From Podarcis vaucheri (lineage: Eukaryota), in NCBI GenBank assembly GCA_965113315.1, contig OZ220373.1: a DNA stretch of 64,000 nucleotides; one strand, 5' to 3'. Position numbers and translations under genes: made by a program. Numbering within the stretch: the first letter of the stretch is position 1; every line of letters begins with the position of its first letter. The notes beneath the pieces are model-generated. The model was not told the origin of the DNA. It did not search any database and saw only the letters and a list, made by a program, of their open reading frames with translations. This document shows, piece by piece, positions 37,201 to 47,998 of the stretch.

Positions 37201-38193
37201 TGGGATTACAGGTACGACCTCTCCCTTACAGCAGGTGCTTCTAATCTCAGCTCATTACATACAGTGAAAATACCAGGTAGCCTGACATCTGGCTGGTTGA
37301 TAGGGGATAAAAAAACTTACCATATTTTTCGCCCCATAGGACGCACCGCCCCATAGGACGCACCTAGTTTTTTTGGGGGGGAAATAAAGAGAAAAAAATT
37401 ATTTCCCCCCCCAGCTCCCAGAACAGGCTGCCACCCCAAGCCTTGCGCGCTAAGCGGGACCTCCCACCGGGCATGTGAGGCTTGCCGGCATCTCCCCCAA
37501 GCAGAGGGCTCCGCAGCTCACCCCCTGCTTCGGGATGCAGGTTGCCGCCCCAAGCCTTGCGCGCCCGGCGGGGCCTCCCCCTGCTTCGGGATGCAGGCTG
37601 CCGCCCCAAGCCTTGCGCGCCCGGCGGGGCCTCCCGCCGGACGCGTGAGGCTTGTGGATAGTTTCCTGAAGCCTGGAGAACAAGAGGGGTCGGTGTGCAC
37701 CAACACCTCTCGCTCTCCAGGCTTCAGCGAAAGCCTGCATTCGCCCCATAGGACGCACACACGTTTCCCCTTCATTTTTGGAGGGGGAAAAGTGCGTCCT
37801 ATAGGGCGAAAAATACGGTACTTCACTCATTATAATGCACATCAGTCTCTGACTTTTGTCCTCTGAGTTTCTGGGGGGTTTCCCTGTTGTTATTCTGTCT
37901 TTCACAGCTACAATAAACTTACCATTAAACTTATGGACTGGTCATTTTTCGTCAGGGGGCAAATTTAGCAGGGGATCAAATACCCCCCCCCTCACTGTAT
38001 TAATTTCTATAATAGCAGTAATAACAACATATATGAATGAAATGCCTACAAGGGTTTTCAAGAAAGTCTTGTTTATTTTCAGGTGGAGAATGAATCTGTT
38101 TTGACCACATACACTGTGAATGAGCTATCTATGATGAAATATTACTATGAATGTGTGATGTTTGTGGTTAGGAAACCAGGAAGCAGTGTCTGA
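21866..38193 (+). CDS. CARNMT1: Carnosine N-methyltransferase 1 (C9orf41); join(21866..22056,26005..26200,27959..28122,30453..30593,31670..31848,33192..33305,34475..34578,38083..38193), 399 aa
   Basis: 1200-nt open spliced frame; SAM-binding motif [42 protein letters not shown] and [10 protein letters not shown]; all GT-AG; in-frame upstream ATGs at 21743 and 21800 make the start uncertain. Confidence 0.95.
22382..22796. mobile_element. MITE family B, 415 bp, AT-rich interior
   Basis: TA|CAGTGGTGCC...GGTACCACTG|TA. Confidence 0.87.
23447..24755 (-). mobile_element. L1-type LINE 3' fragment, degenerate
   Basis: Minus-strand peptide MMYRWYLT...[18 protein letters not shown] matches the ORF2 C-terminal cysteine-rich region; A-rich tail with AATAAA near 23460; edges approximate. 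Confidence 0.75.
24448..24718. mobile_element. pogo/Tigger-like MITE nested in an L1 fragment
   Basis: TA|CAGTGG...GGTACTACTG|TA. Confidence 0.78.
25204..25229. repeat. (AC)n microsatellite
   Basis: Direct read. Confidence 0.95.
25260..25425. other. Assembly gap (166 N)
   Basis: Run of N, 30 nt after a (CA)n microsatellite. Confidence 1.
26005..26200 (+). CDS. CARNMT1: CARNMT1 exon 2 ([14 protein letters not shown]...NKEYGDD)
   Basis: tag| and |gtatgt. Confidence 0.95.
27433..27793 (+). mobile_element. Sauria SINE, young full-length copy
   Basis: tRNA-like head with B box GGTTCGAATCCC, (ACCTTT)n tail, TSD TATGCTAAGGGT. Confidence 0.92.
27959..28122 (+). CDS. CARNMT1: CARNMT1 exon 3 ([28 protein letters not shown]...FPKDR)
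   Basis: cag| and |gtaaat. Confidence 0.95.
30453..30593 (+). CDS. CARNMT1: CARNMT1 exon 4 ([22 protein letters not shown]...FVLN)
   Basis: cag| and |gtactt; methyltransferase motif I. Confidence 0.96.
31670..31848 (+). CDS. CARNMT1: CARNMT1 exon 5 ([19 protein letters not shown]...[10 protein letters not shown])
   Basis: cag| and |gtaagt. Confidence 0.95.
33192..33305 (+). CDS. CARNMT1: CARNMT1 exon 6 ([37 protein letters not shown])
   Basis: cag| and |gtaact. Confidence 0.95.
33846..34109 (+). mobile_element. tRNA-derived SINE (Squam3-like) with (CTT)n tail
   Basis: GCCAGTGTGGTGTAGTGGTTAAGAGC head, core GGGTGACCTTGGGCTAGTCAC, CTT tail. Confidence 0.8.
34475..34578 (+). CDS. CARNMT1: CARNMT1 exon 7 ([34 protein letters not shown])
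   Basis: tag| and |gtaagt. Confidence 0.95.
34647..35560. mobile_element. MITE family B, 914 bp, GC-rich palindromic interior
   Basis: TA|CAGTGGTACC...GGCACCACTG|TA with the same subterminal repeats as 22382..22796. Confidence 0.88.
36018..36186. mobile_element. Tc2/Kanga-like MITE (CCGTATTT ends), 169 bp
   Basis: TA|CCGTATTTTT...AAAAATACGG|TA; near-identical copy at 52343. Confidence 0.85.
36886..37997 (-). mobile_element. Internally deleted Tc1 transposon with transposase N-terminal remnant
   Basis: About 40-bp imperfect TIRs CAGTGAGGGG...GATCCCCTGCTAAATTTGCCC, TA flanks; ORF from 37126 reads [47 protein letters not shown] (Tc1 paired-like HTH); no DDE domain. Confidence 0.9.
37320..37818. 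mobile_element. Tc2/Kanga-like MITE, 499 bp, GC-rich interior, nested in Tc1
   Basis: TA|CCATATTTTTCGCCC...GGGCGAAAAATACGG|TA. Confidence 0.85.
38083..38193 (+). CDS. CARNMT1: CARNMT1 exon 8 ([36 protein letters not shown])
   Basis: cag|, TGA at 38191-38193. Confidence 0.95.
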   Translation: MENESVLTTYTVNELSMMKYYYECVMFVVRKPGSSV

Positions 38194-40429
38194 AGTGGAT
38201 TATCCAGGAAGAAAAATGCACAGTGGCTTCTGGAATTATGACTGAACACAACCTCATATCAGTGGTGCCTTTTTATCCATCACAGAATGTAGCTCTGTTG
38301 TCTATTTTTTTAATCTATCCTATAATCTCCAGATGTGTACTTCTGGATATTTGTATCTGCGTAATGAACATAGAGAGCAAACACTCCTGTATCATTTCTT
38401 CAAATTCCGATTAATGTTTTTTTTCTGACGGGTAATACTTTGCAAATACCATTATTAACACTTGCAGTTCTCTGTAAGGTATAAAATGGTCTACTTTAAG
38501 TTTTCTTTGAAATAATATCTAACGTCATATTGGATACACAATTCATTTTTTGTCCCATGTTGTACAGAAAACAAGACCACTCCTCATCTTAGCATATTTA
38601 ACTACTATTTGGGTGACTTTACTCCCCATAGAAATTTTGATCTTCCGCAGTCTGATAAGCAGCATCATGTGAACTTGGTCTTCTACTGTAAAAATGTAAA
38701 GAGTTTATAAAAATAACACGTGCATTCACAAGAAAATTTTAACGTGAATCTGACTGATATTTGCGGCTGGTGCATTTTTAGATTTTTAAAATATATATAT
38801 AAAAACAGTTATACCATTCTTCATGCCATTTTAAGCATTTGATGGGTAATTTGAAGTAATATCTGGCTGCAGTCACTAAAAAAAAAGAACTAAATTAAGA
38901 CTTAACAGTAATGTTTGTACATTAGTATTTTGATCCCATTAAGGGTGTTCTAATTATGACTGAAATTGATGGGTTTAATGTCAGCTGTGGGTTTACTATT
39001 TTAAGAAATTATATTTTGATGGCATTAACTACACAAAGTTAAACAAATATGGGCAGAGCAGTCCCAATCCACCACAGTGTAGTGGGGTTTTTTAGGTGCA
39101 GGTATTGCTTCACCCAGCTGTCCATATTCTGATGTACAGAACTTCCAATGGAGCCCACAGGGGAAAGCTACTCTTAGCAGTATTTGTATGGCTTTGGAGC
39201 TGGGATGCCAAAGATTCATGGGACCCTAAGCCTGTCCATCCAGCATCACAGGCCTGGAGCTGATGCAAACAAAAAGAAAAGAAAAGTTAGGAGTTTTCTT
39301 CCTGCTCCCCCCCCCTTCTGCCCTAGCCAGTGCAAGCAGCAAGGCTCCAGATGGTTGGTGCTCCTACATTGTGCTAAGCCCTACTGCTGTTGCTGTTGCT
39401 GCCTCCCAGCAGTTTGAATTTCTTTCTCAGTTACTGTTTCAGTATTAGCAGTTCTACTGAATCCACCTGCGTTATGGTGCACATGTGAAGAAGCCAGCTG
39501 ACATCTATGCTTATGTGCTACTGCCATTCAGCTTGTGACCTGCTTGTTAGCTATTCTTAACTGAATGTCATGCTAATCACCCACGTATTTACACACACAT
39601 AATTCTTTCTGGAGTTATACCCCATTGATGTCCGATAGGCTGAGTTTCCAAATTGTGTACAGGTTTTCTTTAAGATTAATTATAGTTAGAATTACAACTT
39701 AAATTAATGATCAGATCCAGATATTGCAAGACATGAGATGTGCTGGGTGCTTTTTCTGCATACCAAGTATGATGACCTGACAAATACAATCTAGACTGAT
39801 AACTAAGCACAATGGCTTCATTTTCAAAAATACTTTTAAATTATTAAAGTTATACAGTACTGAGAAATAGGTGAAATCTAGGAAGTGTGACTACCTTTTG
39901 CTGAGGACATCAAATAACACAAGGTTGTTGAATGGTTAGGTTTGTGGTTATGTGCTAGCAAAAGTCTGAATGACCAATTACTATTTATTTTTTTCATTTT
40001 AAAGGGAAAAATCGCCTCTATCTGGTTTAACTTAAAATGCAATGTATAAGTTTGAAAAGTTGTTTAGCACTGATTTCTTAATTTACAAAGTCAACCCACA
40101 TGCAGCTGATATAACAAAGAACTGTTTATAGATGAACATTAAAATTCAGCAACTACTTAATTAACTATCTAATTAGATGCACTTGCTTCACCTTCCCTGT
40201 TCCATGCCCTCAAGTGCTTTTGCCTGGCCGAAATTTGTTCATGAACTGTGTGGTAAGTTTCTTCCTTGCCTGCATGAAGAACGGAAAGTGTGTGTGGGTA
40301 GAAACCACGATTTTGCGAGGGTGCCATTCATTCCGTCCCTCCCTCCCCCTGCCTGCTTTTGCTTCTGGCATTGCCCCTCCCCGGGGGGGGGTTGCTTGGG
40401 CAGAGGCCTTATCCCTTGCGCTGAGATCC

Positions 40430-41290
40430 CAGAGCGATCCTAAGAATGTGGAGTCGGAAGTAACTCCCGTTGCATCCCAGGAAGCTTGCTTTCTTCTGCG
40501 CGTGTCTCGGGTTGCCGCGTTCACACGCGCACTCGGCGCGCTTGCGGGGAGCGCTACTCGCCAGGCCGCTCTGGAGGCGCGTCTCCGCCAGGGGGCGCCG
40601 GCGAGGGCTCCCCGCGCGTGCGCACTTGAGGCGTGGAGCGCGGCGGCCCCCATGGCGAAGCGCGGCGCGTTGGCGTGTCACGCGCCCGGGTGCGAGAGCT
40701 TCGCGGCTGCCGCGCCGCCGCTCCTGAAGCGCCGCCGGGCCGAGGCGGAGAGGAAGGAGGAGCCGCCGGGCGGAGGAGGAGGAGGAGGAGGAGGCTGCCT
40801 GAAGCGCAAGAGGGCGGAGGAGGAGGAAGAGGAGGCGTTGCGGGCCGCCAAGAGGCCCTGGGTGGCCCCGGGGGGCGGCGTTGCTGGCGCCCCGGCCCTC
40901 TCGCGGCCCCCGGGCTCCGTGTCGGCGAGGGGCGGCCGCCCCAAGGCTCCTCTCGAGGAGGTAAAGAGGCTTCCTGAATCCGCACAACAGCCCTGCGAGG
41001 GAGGCCCGGAGGAGGCGGCGGGGGGGGACGACCCCGCGCAGGACCCTCAGCCGGGGGTCCCGAACCTCTGGAGAGCCCCGCGGGTCGGGGGGGGGCGGCG
41101 TCTGGGGCAGGACCAGGTTGCAGCAGCCCCCCCCCCCCAAGTGAGGAAAGGGGCAATGGAGGGAAGGCTTCTGAAGTAAATCCCTTTCCTGTATTTCGCG
41201 AAGCGTAGCCCAAGCTTGGTCCAAGGGGTGCCCCATTTCCAGCAGCCTCCAGCCAGGTGCCCCCAAAGTGCCCCTGGCGTTGTCATTATA
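40430..41290 (+). promoter_or_regulatory. CpG island / C9orf40 promoter and first exon
   Basis: GC/CpG-rich; CGGAAGT ETS-type site near 40455; edges approximate. Confidence 0.8.
40652..41140 (+). CDS. C9orf40: C9orf40 exon 1
   Basis: 163 codons, donor CAA|gtgagg. Confidence 0.85.
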
Positions 41291-44200
41291 TACTTTTTAA
41301 CACACCTTTCTGCACGTGCCTTTGGGAGCCGAGGGTGCGATCAGAATATTCCTCCCACTTAATGTAAATGTATTGCACGTGGTTTAATTGGGTTGAGCGA
41401 ATGTCACCTGCCATGGTACTATGTGGTGAAATATGTAAATAGAAATTATGGGTTGACATTTTGATGCTGACATCGCTGTATAAAGGTAAAGGTACCCCTG
41501 CCCGAACGGGCCAGTCTTGACAGACTGTGGGGTTTGTGCGCCCATCTCACATCTATAGGCCGGGGGCCAGCGCTGTCCGGGGACACTTCCGGGTCACGTG
41601 GCCAGCGTGACAACGCTGCTCTGGCGAGCCAGAGCCGCACACGGAACGCCGTTTACCTTCCCGCTGGTAAGCGGTACCTATTTATCTACTTGCACCCGGG
41701 GGTGCTTTCGAACTGCTAGGTTGGCAGGCGCTGGGACCGAGCAGCGGGAGCGCACCCCGCCGCGGGGATTCGAACCGCCGACCTTTCGATCGGCAAGCCC
41801 TAGGCGTTGAGGCTTTAGCCCACAGCGCCACCCGCGTCCCTGACATCGCTGTATAGACGCTGTGAAAAATTTGCACCCCTGAGCAGCACTGATCCCACAA
41901 TAAACACCTACGAGTAGCCCATAGGTAGAGCCATAAAGGGGGCAGTCTGTCAGCAACTGATTCAGTTTCTCAATCAACATTATATTTAGATATCATGGCT
42001 ATTGGGAAACCTTTCATAAATTTACATAAATTTAAAGCTATATATCATAATGGTTATCATCACCACAGTAATTTTTATTAACGAATTATGCATTTGTGAA
42101 ATACTTTACTTTGTTTCTCTAATATATTGTTAATCAATTTCATTAGCTGCTCTTGAGTTATGCTACTATTGATATTATAACCTAAAGGATAATATTTCCC
42201 CTTTTGCACCATTCATTATTTTATATATCTCTATTGGCTTCATTAGCGTGTTACTTTAAACCACAGTTTAAAATAAACTATAGTGTAAAGTGAGCAAGCA
42301 GTGTGCATGCTGCTAAAATCAAGTGAAGTGGGTTTCAGGAAAATTTTGAATTTGCATTAGGACATTTTCTGATGACCTAGAAGGTGATAGAATGTAGCAT
42401 GTTTATCTTACTTTTATTTAGTAAACAAAATATGTCTTGTATGATCTAGTTATGATTCCTACATTCCTGCATTTCAAGGGGTTGGACTAGATGACCCCTG
42501 GGGTCTCTTCCAGCTCTATAATTCTGTGTTCCATATGATTCCATATGATTGAGCTCTTCAGTCAGTGGAATTGGCCCTTTTACACAAAGGTCCTCAAATG
42601 CATGTTTGGATTAAAAGATCGAAAACAGTTGCCTTAAAGAAATAATCCTTGCTATTTGAATTTTTTATACATTTCTTCCCCTCAAAATGTAATAATACAT
42701 ACTGCAGCTTCTAGTATCTGTAGGGAGGGGGATGATTCGCATCTTCTCCCTTGTCTCAAACGTTCAGCGGAAGGTAGTGGTCTACAGTCGTACCTCGGGT
42801 TACATATGCTTCAGGTTACTGACTCCGCTAACCCAGAAATATTACCTCGGGTTAAGAACTTTGCTTCAGGATGAGAACAGAAATCGTGCGGTGGCAGCGG
42901 GAGGCCCCATTAGCTAAAGTGGTGCTTCAGGTTAAGAACAGTTTCAGGTTAAGAACGGACCTCCAGAACGAATTAAGTACTTAACCCAAGGTACCACTGT
43001 ATTTTGTTCAGCATTTGCAGAACTCAAATCTTCCTGGTCTTCACTGGTCTTCCTTTTCCCTGTAATTGGTGCCTTCCCACTTTTCTTTCTCATTCTGAGT
43101 GCCTGGCATGCAGAGAATCAAAGTAAGCTGCTTCCTTCTTCCCTCAAGTCAAGTTCCAAGCTGGAGGAGTGTGACATTTGTTTATGCTTTTCACTGAATC
43201 CTCAAGTTCCATTGCCAGCTTCATTTGTGGAGCTGGGGAGAGGATATGGGGAGTGTGCCCCACATTGTGCAGACATTTCTGCAGCACAGCATAAGACCAC
43301 CTTTTGGGGGGGAAGTCATGATCCTGCCAACCACAAATTTTGGGTTGGCCACCAAAGCCAGCAAAACTGCAGATCTTTGGCAGGCTAAGTACAAGACCGT
43401 GTTGTAATTCCGAGTAATTATTTCCCAGGATATTATTTTTTGTTCTCCAGCCAATCCACCAGAGGGGGTGCAAGTTAAACTGTTTCTTAAATCTATTTTG
43501 CTTGATGTGAGGGTAGGATCTTTCTTTCCTTTATTTCTTTCTCTGTGTGATTGTTAGCAGGTAATGCAGCTAGATAGACTCGAAGAAAAAAATGCATGTG
43601 AGGGTGAGAACTGTGCAGATAGAGAACAGTAGCTTATTTTAGCAGCAATAACTGTCACTATGAGAACAACTAGTTCTAGGCCTAATGGACAAAATAAAAA
43701 CTGAAAAATCACTGGTTCTGGATGGTATCAATCCCCATGTTCCGAAAGAACTCAAATGTAAAATTGCTGATCTGTTAACAAAAATATGTAATTTGTCCCA
43801 AAATTAGCCTCCATACCTGATGAGTGGAAAGTGGCCAATGTTACACAATTTTTTCAAACAAGAATATGGGAGATCCCGGATATTACAGGCCAGTTAGCTT
43901 AATGTCTGTCCTGGGAAAACTGATGGAAAATACTGTTAAACATATAAAGACTATGAAAAGCTTATAGATAAAGGTGATCCAGTTGTCATTGTGTACTTGA
44001 ATTTTCAAAAAGCTTTCAACAAGAGTCCTGATTAAGTTTTGCAGTCATGGAATAAGAGGTGAGGGACTCTTGAGGGTTAAGTGACATGAAGAGTAGAAAT
44101 AAATCGACAGTTCTACCGATAGAGCGATGAAGAAATTGGAGTGTCTCCAAGGGGGTTGGTATTGGGACCTGTGCTTTTTAATTTGTAAATGATCTAGAGT

Positions 44201-45132
44201 TAGTTATGAGCAGTGAGGTGGCCAGATTTGCTGATGATATTAATTTGTTCAGGATCGTTAAAACAAAAAGGATTGTGAAGAGCTCCAAAAACACCTCTCC
44301 ATATGAGTGGATGGCTGTAAAAAGGCCAGTGCAGTTCAGTGTAAACAAGTGTAAGTGCAACCAAAATGATCAAGGGGCTGGAGTAACTTCCCCTATAGGC
44401 TACTGACCTTTTCTCTAAACCAAACAGTCCCAAACGCTGCATCCTTTCCTCATAGTGGACAGACAAAACAAGTACGTCACGCAGCACATAATTAAACTAT
44501 GGAACTCTCTCCCACAGGAGGCATTGATGACCACCAACTTAGATGGCTTTGAAAAAGGATTTTAAAAATTCATGGAAGATAAGCCTAGCAATGGCTCCTA
44601 GCCATGATGGCTTTGCTCTGCCTCCACAGTCAAAGGCAGTATGCTTCTGAATTCCAGTTGCTGGAAAGGGGGGGTCACGCTTGCAGGTTCCCCAGAGGCA
44701 TCTGAGAACGTGATGCTGCGATAGCTGGACCATTGGCCTGATCCAGCAGACCCTCCTTGTGTTCTTAGGATAAATGTTTGGCTGTGTGAGTCTCTCTCTC
44801 TCCATTGCACATGTTCTTTGCTTTAGATCCTGGCTCTTAATTTTCACTAGACTGGAATTTTTCAAAAATAGAGATTCTAAAACAGTTTGTAGATTTGGCT
44901 TGTCAATGCAAAGTTCTTTTTTAGAGGTGTTCATTTTTCTGCTGAAGTGATATCTGTTAATTATGTTTTATTTTCCTAGCCTGAAGATGATGTTTGGCGC
45001 TACAACTCCTTCCAGTACTGGAGGTCTCCATTGCCTGCTATTGATTTGTCTGATATTCTGGATTTAGAAAAAGACGATGCAATAGATGCAAGACGGTCCA
45101 GCAGTGTTTGCCTCTCAGAAATGGAAACCTGA
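40652..45132 (+). CDS. C9orf40: C9orf40 orthologue; join(40652..41140,44980..45132), 213 aa
   Basis: MAKR start; low-complexity exon 1 ending Q|gtgagg in phase 0; exon 2 carries the conserved WRYNSFQYWRSPLPAIDL motif (human WQYNTFQYWRNPLPPIDL); synteny. Confidence 0.9.
41483..41840 (-). mobile_element. Sauria SINE, young full-length copy
   Basis: Reverse complement of the 27433 family; 15-bp TSD TGACATCGCTGTATA. Confidence 0.92.
42785..42999 (-). mobile_element. MITE family A copy
   Basis: Reverse orientation, TA flanks. Confidence 0.85.
43705..44767 (+). mobile_element. Degenerate CR1 LINE 3' fragment (RT region and 3' end) in the C9orf40 intron
   Basis: Remnant codons for WKVANV, NYRPVSL, VYLxFQKAF, GxVLGPVLF and FADD motifs with many frameshifts; edges approximate. 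Confidence 0.8.
44980..45132 (+). CDS. C9orf40: C9orf40 exon 2 (PEDDVWRYNSFQYWRSPLPAIDL...EMET*)
   Basis: ttttcctag|, conserved motif, TGA at 45130-45132. Confidence 0.92.
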   Translation, partial: PEDDVWRYNSFQYWRSPLPAIDLSDILDLEKDDAIDARRSSSVCLSEMET

Positions 45133-46021
45133 AATCTGATTAATTCTCAAGTTACTTTGCTGAAGTTGGTTTCTTCTTTTGCTTGGAAAAGTAAGCAGAG
45201 ATGATAACCGGTTGGAGAAAAATATGCTTTGAAGGAAGGAAAACTTCTTAAAAAGAAAGAATGGCAAAAGAACCATCAGTGGACTGTCTAGAAAATTGAT
45301 GGTATACACATACAGAATCAAGGGAGCATGAAGCTTGGAGAAATATTGGAACATTTGAAAATGGATGTATGCTGACAAAAAAATACACGTACTGTAGTTG
45401 GTACTTACTTCATTGAAAAAGTCAGAATGGTGTGTTCTAAGTTGAACCTGGTCAAATAACTCAGTTGAGATCTGTGCTGTCTTTGTTGCTAGACAAAAAA
45501 TATTGTTGCTTAACCAAAAAATATATTTTTTTTAAAATCCACACTTCTATGCAGAATGAGGGCAATGGATGTCATTTTTTTTGCCAATGCCATGGTACAA
45601 GTTTCTTTAAGCGTTTCTGAGAGTGGTGTGAGAGTAAAAATGATGTCAGGAGCTGATTGCGTTTTGGCTTGAGCCTTCAAATACATGGACCGCGATGGAC
45701 AAGGAAAAGGAACCATGCTGAGCAATGTGAGACAATTGGGCACATTTCTTGGGACTTATTGATGGAAGGCTCCAATCCTACCTAGTTAATATGTTTGATT
45801 CTTTGTGTTTTGTATCATGTGCTTGTCAGATATTGGACTTAAGTATGAATGTTACCATTTAATATTCTTTGCTAGGAATGACTACGTGAAACTAGAGAGT
45901 TTACCAGTAGACTTCAGCTTCAGATCTGCTAATCATTTCATAGTGTTATTCAAGTTAAATGACATTTCTTTATTAATCCACCATACCTTTGGCATATTTG
46001 TAGAAATACTTTTCACTGTGT

Positions 46022-46027
46022 AATAAA
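46022..46027 (+). terminator. Candidate C9orf40 polyadenylation signal AATAAA
   Basis: Canonical hexamer about 0.9 kb after the stop, followed by a T-rich tract. Confidence 0.5.
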
Positions 46028-46291
46028 ATCTCCAGTAAAATTTGTTTTTTAAAAAAAACCCTATGAAGTAATGCTCATATTGATTATCTCATTTGAAAAC
46101 GTTACTTTCGCTGTGTGCCTGGATGCTTTGTCAATAAGCTTTTCTGGGGTTGGGGGTGGCTTTTAAGAATGTACATTCAGTGTTAACAGTGTACACATTG
46201 TACTTTTTCCTTAGCTGCAGAAAGGAAAATATGATTAGACTTATCACAGCCCAGGTTTTTATGTTTCCACTGTTCTGCACATCATCTTTTA

Positions 46292-46503
46292 CAGAGGTAC
46301 CTTGGGTTACAGATGCTTCAGGTTACAGACTCCTAACCCAGAAATAGTACCTCAGGTTAAGAACTTTACTTCAGGATGAGAGCAGAAATCGTGCAGCGGC
46401 AGCGGGAGACCCCATTAGCTAAAGTGGTCTTCAGGTGAAGAAGAGTTTCAGGTTAAGAACAGACCTCCAGAATGAGTTAAGTTCTTAACCCGAGGTACCA
46501 CTG
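46292..46503 (-). mobile_element. MITE family A copy
   Basis: Reverse orientation, TA flanks. Confidence 0.85.
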
Positions 46504-46814
46504 TACTTTTAAGTCCAAATGTATACTTATGTACATTTCTTGGATAAATTTAGACTAGAGGTATCCCTCGTAGAAACCCAAAAGAAAAGGATGCAGACTC
46601 CAAGTCTTTATTGATAGGCCTTTTGAAATGCAAATAATGCATAGGGACAGCCTCAACAATTAGCAATAGGCTGTAAATAACCACTTCAAAAGCAATGGTG
46701 TTTTTTATACACTTTCTGATTACACACATGGTTTCTATTCACCAATCAAAGGATCACAGCAATCTTAATAGATGCAACCCAGTGTCATCTTCCTAAACCA
46801 ATCAAAATCATTTA

Positions 46815-47213
46815 CCGTATTTTTCGCCCTATAGGACACACTTTCCCCCCTCCAAAAATGAAGGGGAAATGTGTGTGCGTCCTATGGGGCGAATGCAGGC
46901 TTTTGCTTTAGCCTGGAGAGCGAGAGGGGTCGGTGCGCACCGACCCCTCTCGCTCTCCAGGCTTCAGGAAGCTCTGCGCAACCCTCGGGAGACCGGCTCC
47001 CGATGGCCGCGCAGAGCTGCCTGCAGTCCCGGGCTCAGCGCACTTCTCCCCATCGCCAGCCCCACAAGCTCGGGGGACAGCGGGGAGGCGGAGCGCGCCT
47101 TCCCGCTGTTCCCCGACCTGGTTCTTCCAGCCCCGCACCTGGGGGGGGAAATAATTTTTTCCCCTTTATTCCCCCCCCAAAAAAAGGTGCGTCCTATGGG
47201 GCACAAAATACGG
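46815..47213. mobile_element. Tc2/Kanga-like MITE, 399 bp, GC-rich interior
   Basis: TA|CCGTATTTTTCGCCC...AAAATACGG|TA; ends shared with 37320..37818. Confidence 0.85.
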
Positions 47214-47852
47214 TAGCTCTTCAGATCAGTTCTTATCATAATATAATGTGATTACACACAAGCTATTTTCAATGTCTTTCTTTATTGACTAATTTTCCTA
47301 TTCATTAAATGTCTCCCAGTATCCTCTTTCATCTGTCTATTGCCTAGCCAGTTCTCTTTCCATGCATACAATAGCCACCATAGAGTCTAACAGTTTATCC
47401 TTTTCATTGTACTGGAATGGACATTCACTACCTACAGTATCTAAAAGCAGCTAGTTTTGTACTGTAAAAGGTAGGCAGGTACAGACCTTTTCAGTTTAGT
47501 GAGGCCGTAGACTCAAAAGAAAATGGAATCATCAAAATGATACGGTATGAAATTATTTTCTCCATCACATTTTATATAGCTTTAAATCAGAGAGTCACAA
47601 TGAAATCCTATGTGTGTCTATTCAGAAGCAAGTTCCATTGAGTTCAAGTATGAAGAGGTACAGAACTGCAACCTCAGCTTGATCAGGTGAGGAGGGCTGT
47701 GAACGTAGATTGCTCCCTCACACAGTGTAAAAAAAGATAATGTTGCAGCCTTTCTCATTTCAGTATCCTGTTGTGATTTTGAAGCACCAGTCATCGTTCT
47801 CTTGACCAAGGAGAATAAATTAAATGAATTTTCCCCCTTTCTCTTAATCTGA

Positions 47853-47998
47853 TTATCATATATTTGATTGGGGGAAGGGGCTGGCAGGAGGGGGGGGAGG
47901 TTAAGCTTCCTTAAGTATTGTCCATTTACTAGCATTCCATATTATGGGTTGCAAAAGGAGAATGTGGAAATCTATAGAAAGAAAGTAAGGCAGTATTT
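47853..47998 (+). repeat. Locally duplicated segment, copy 1 (copy 2 at about 54631..54800)
   Basis: Shared TTTGATTG.GGGAAGGGGCTGGCAG...TATTGTCCATTTACTAGCATT...GAAAGTAAGGCAGTATTT. Confidence 0.8.
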
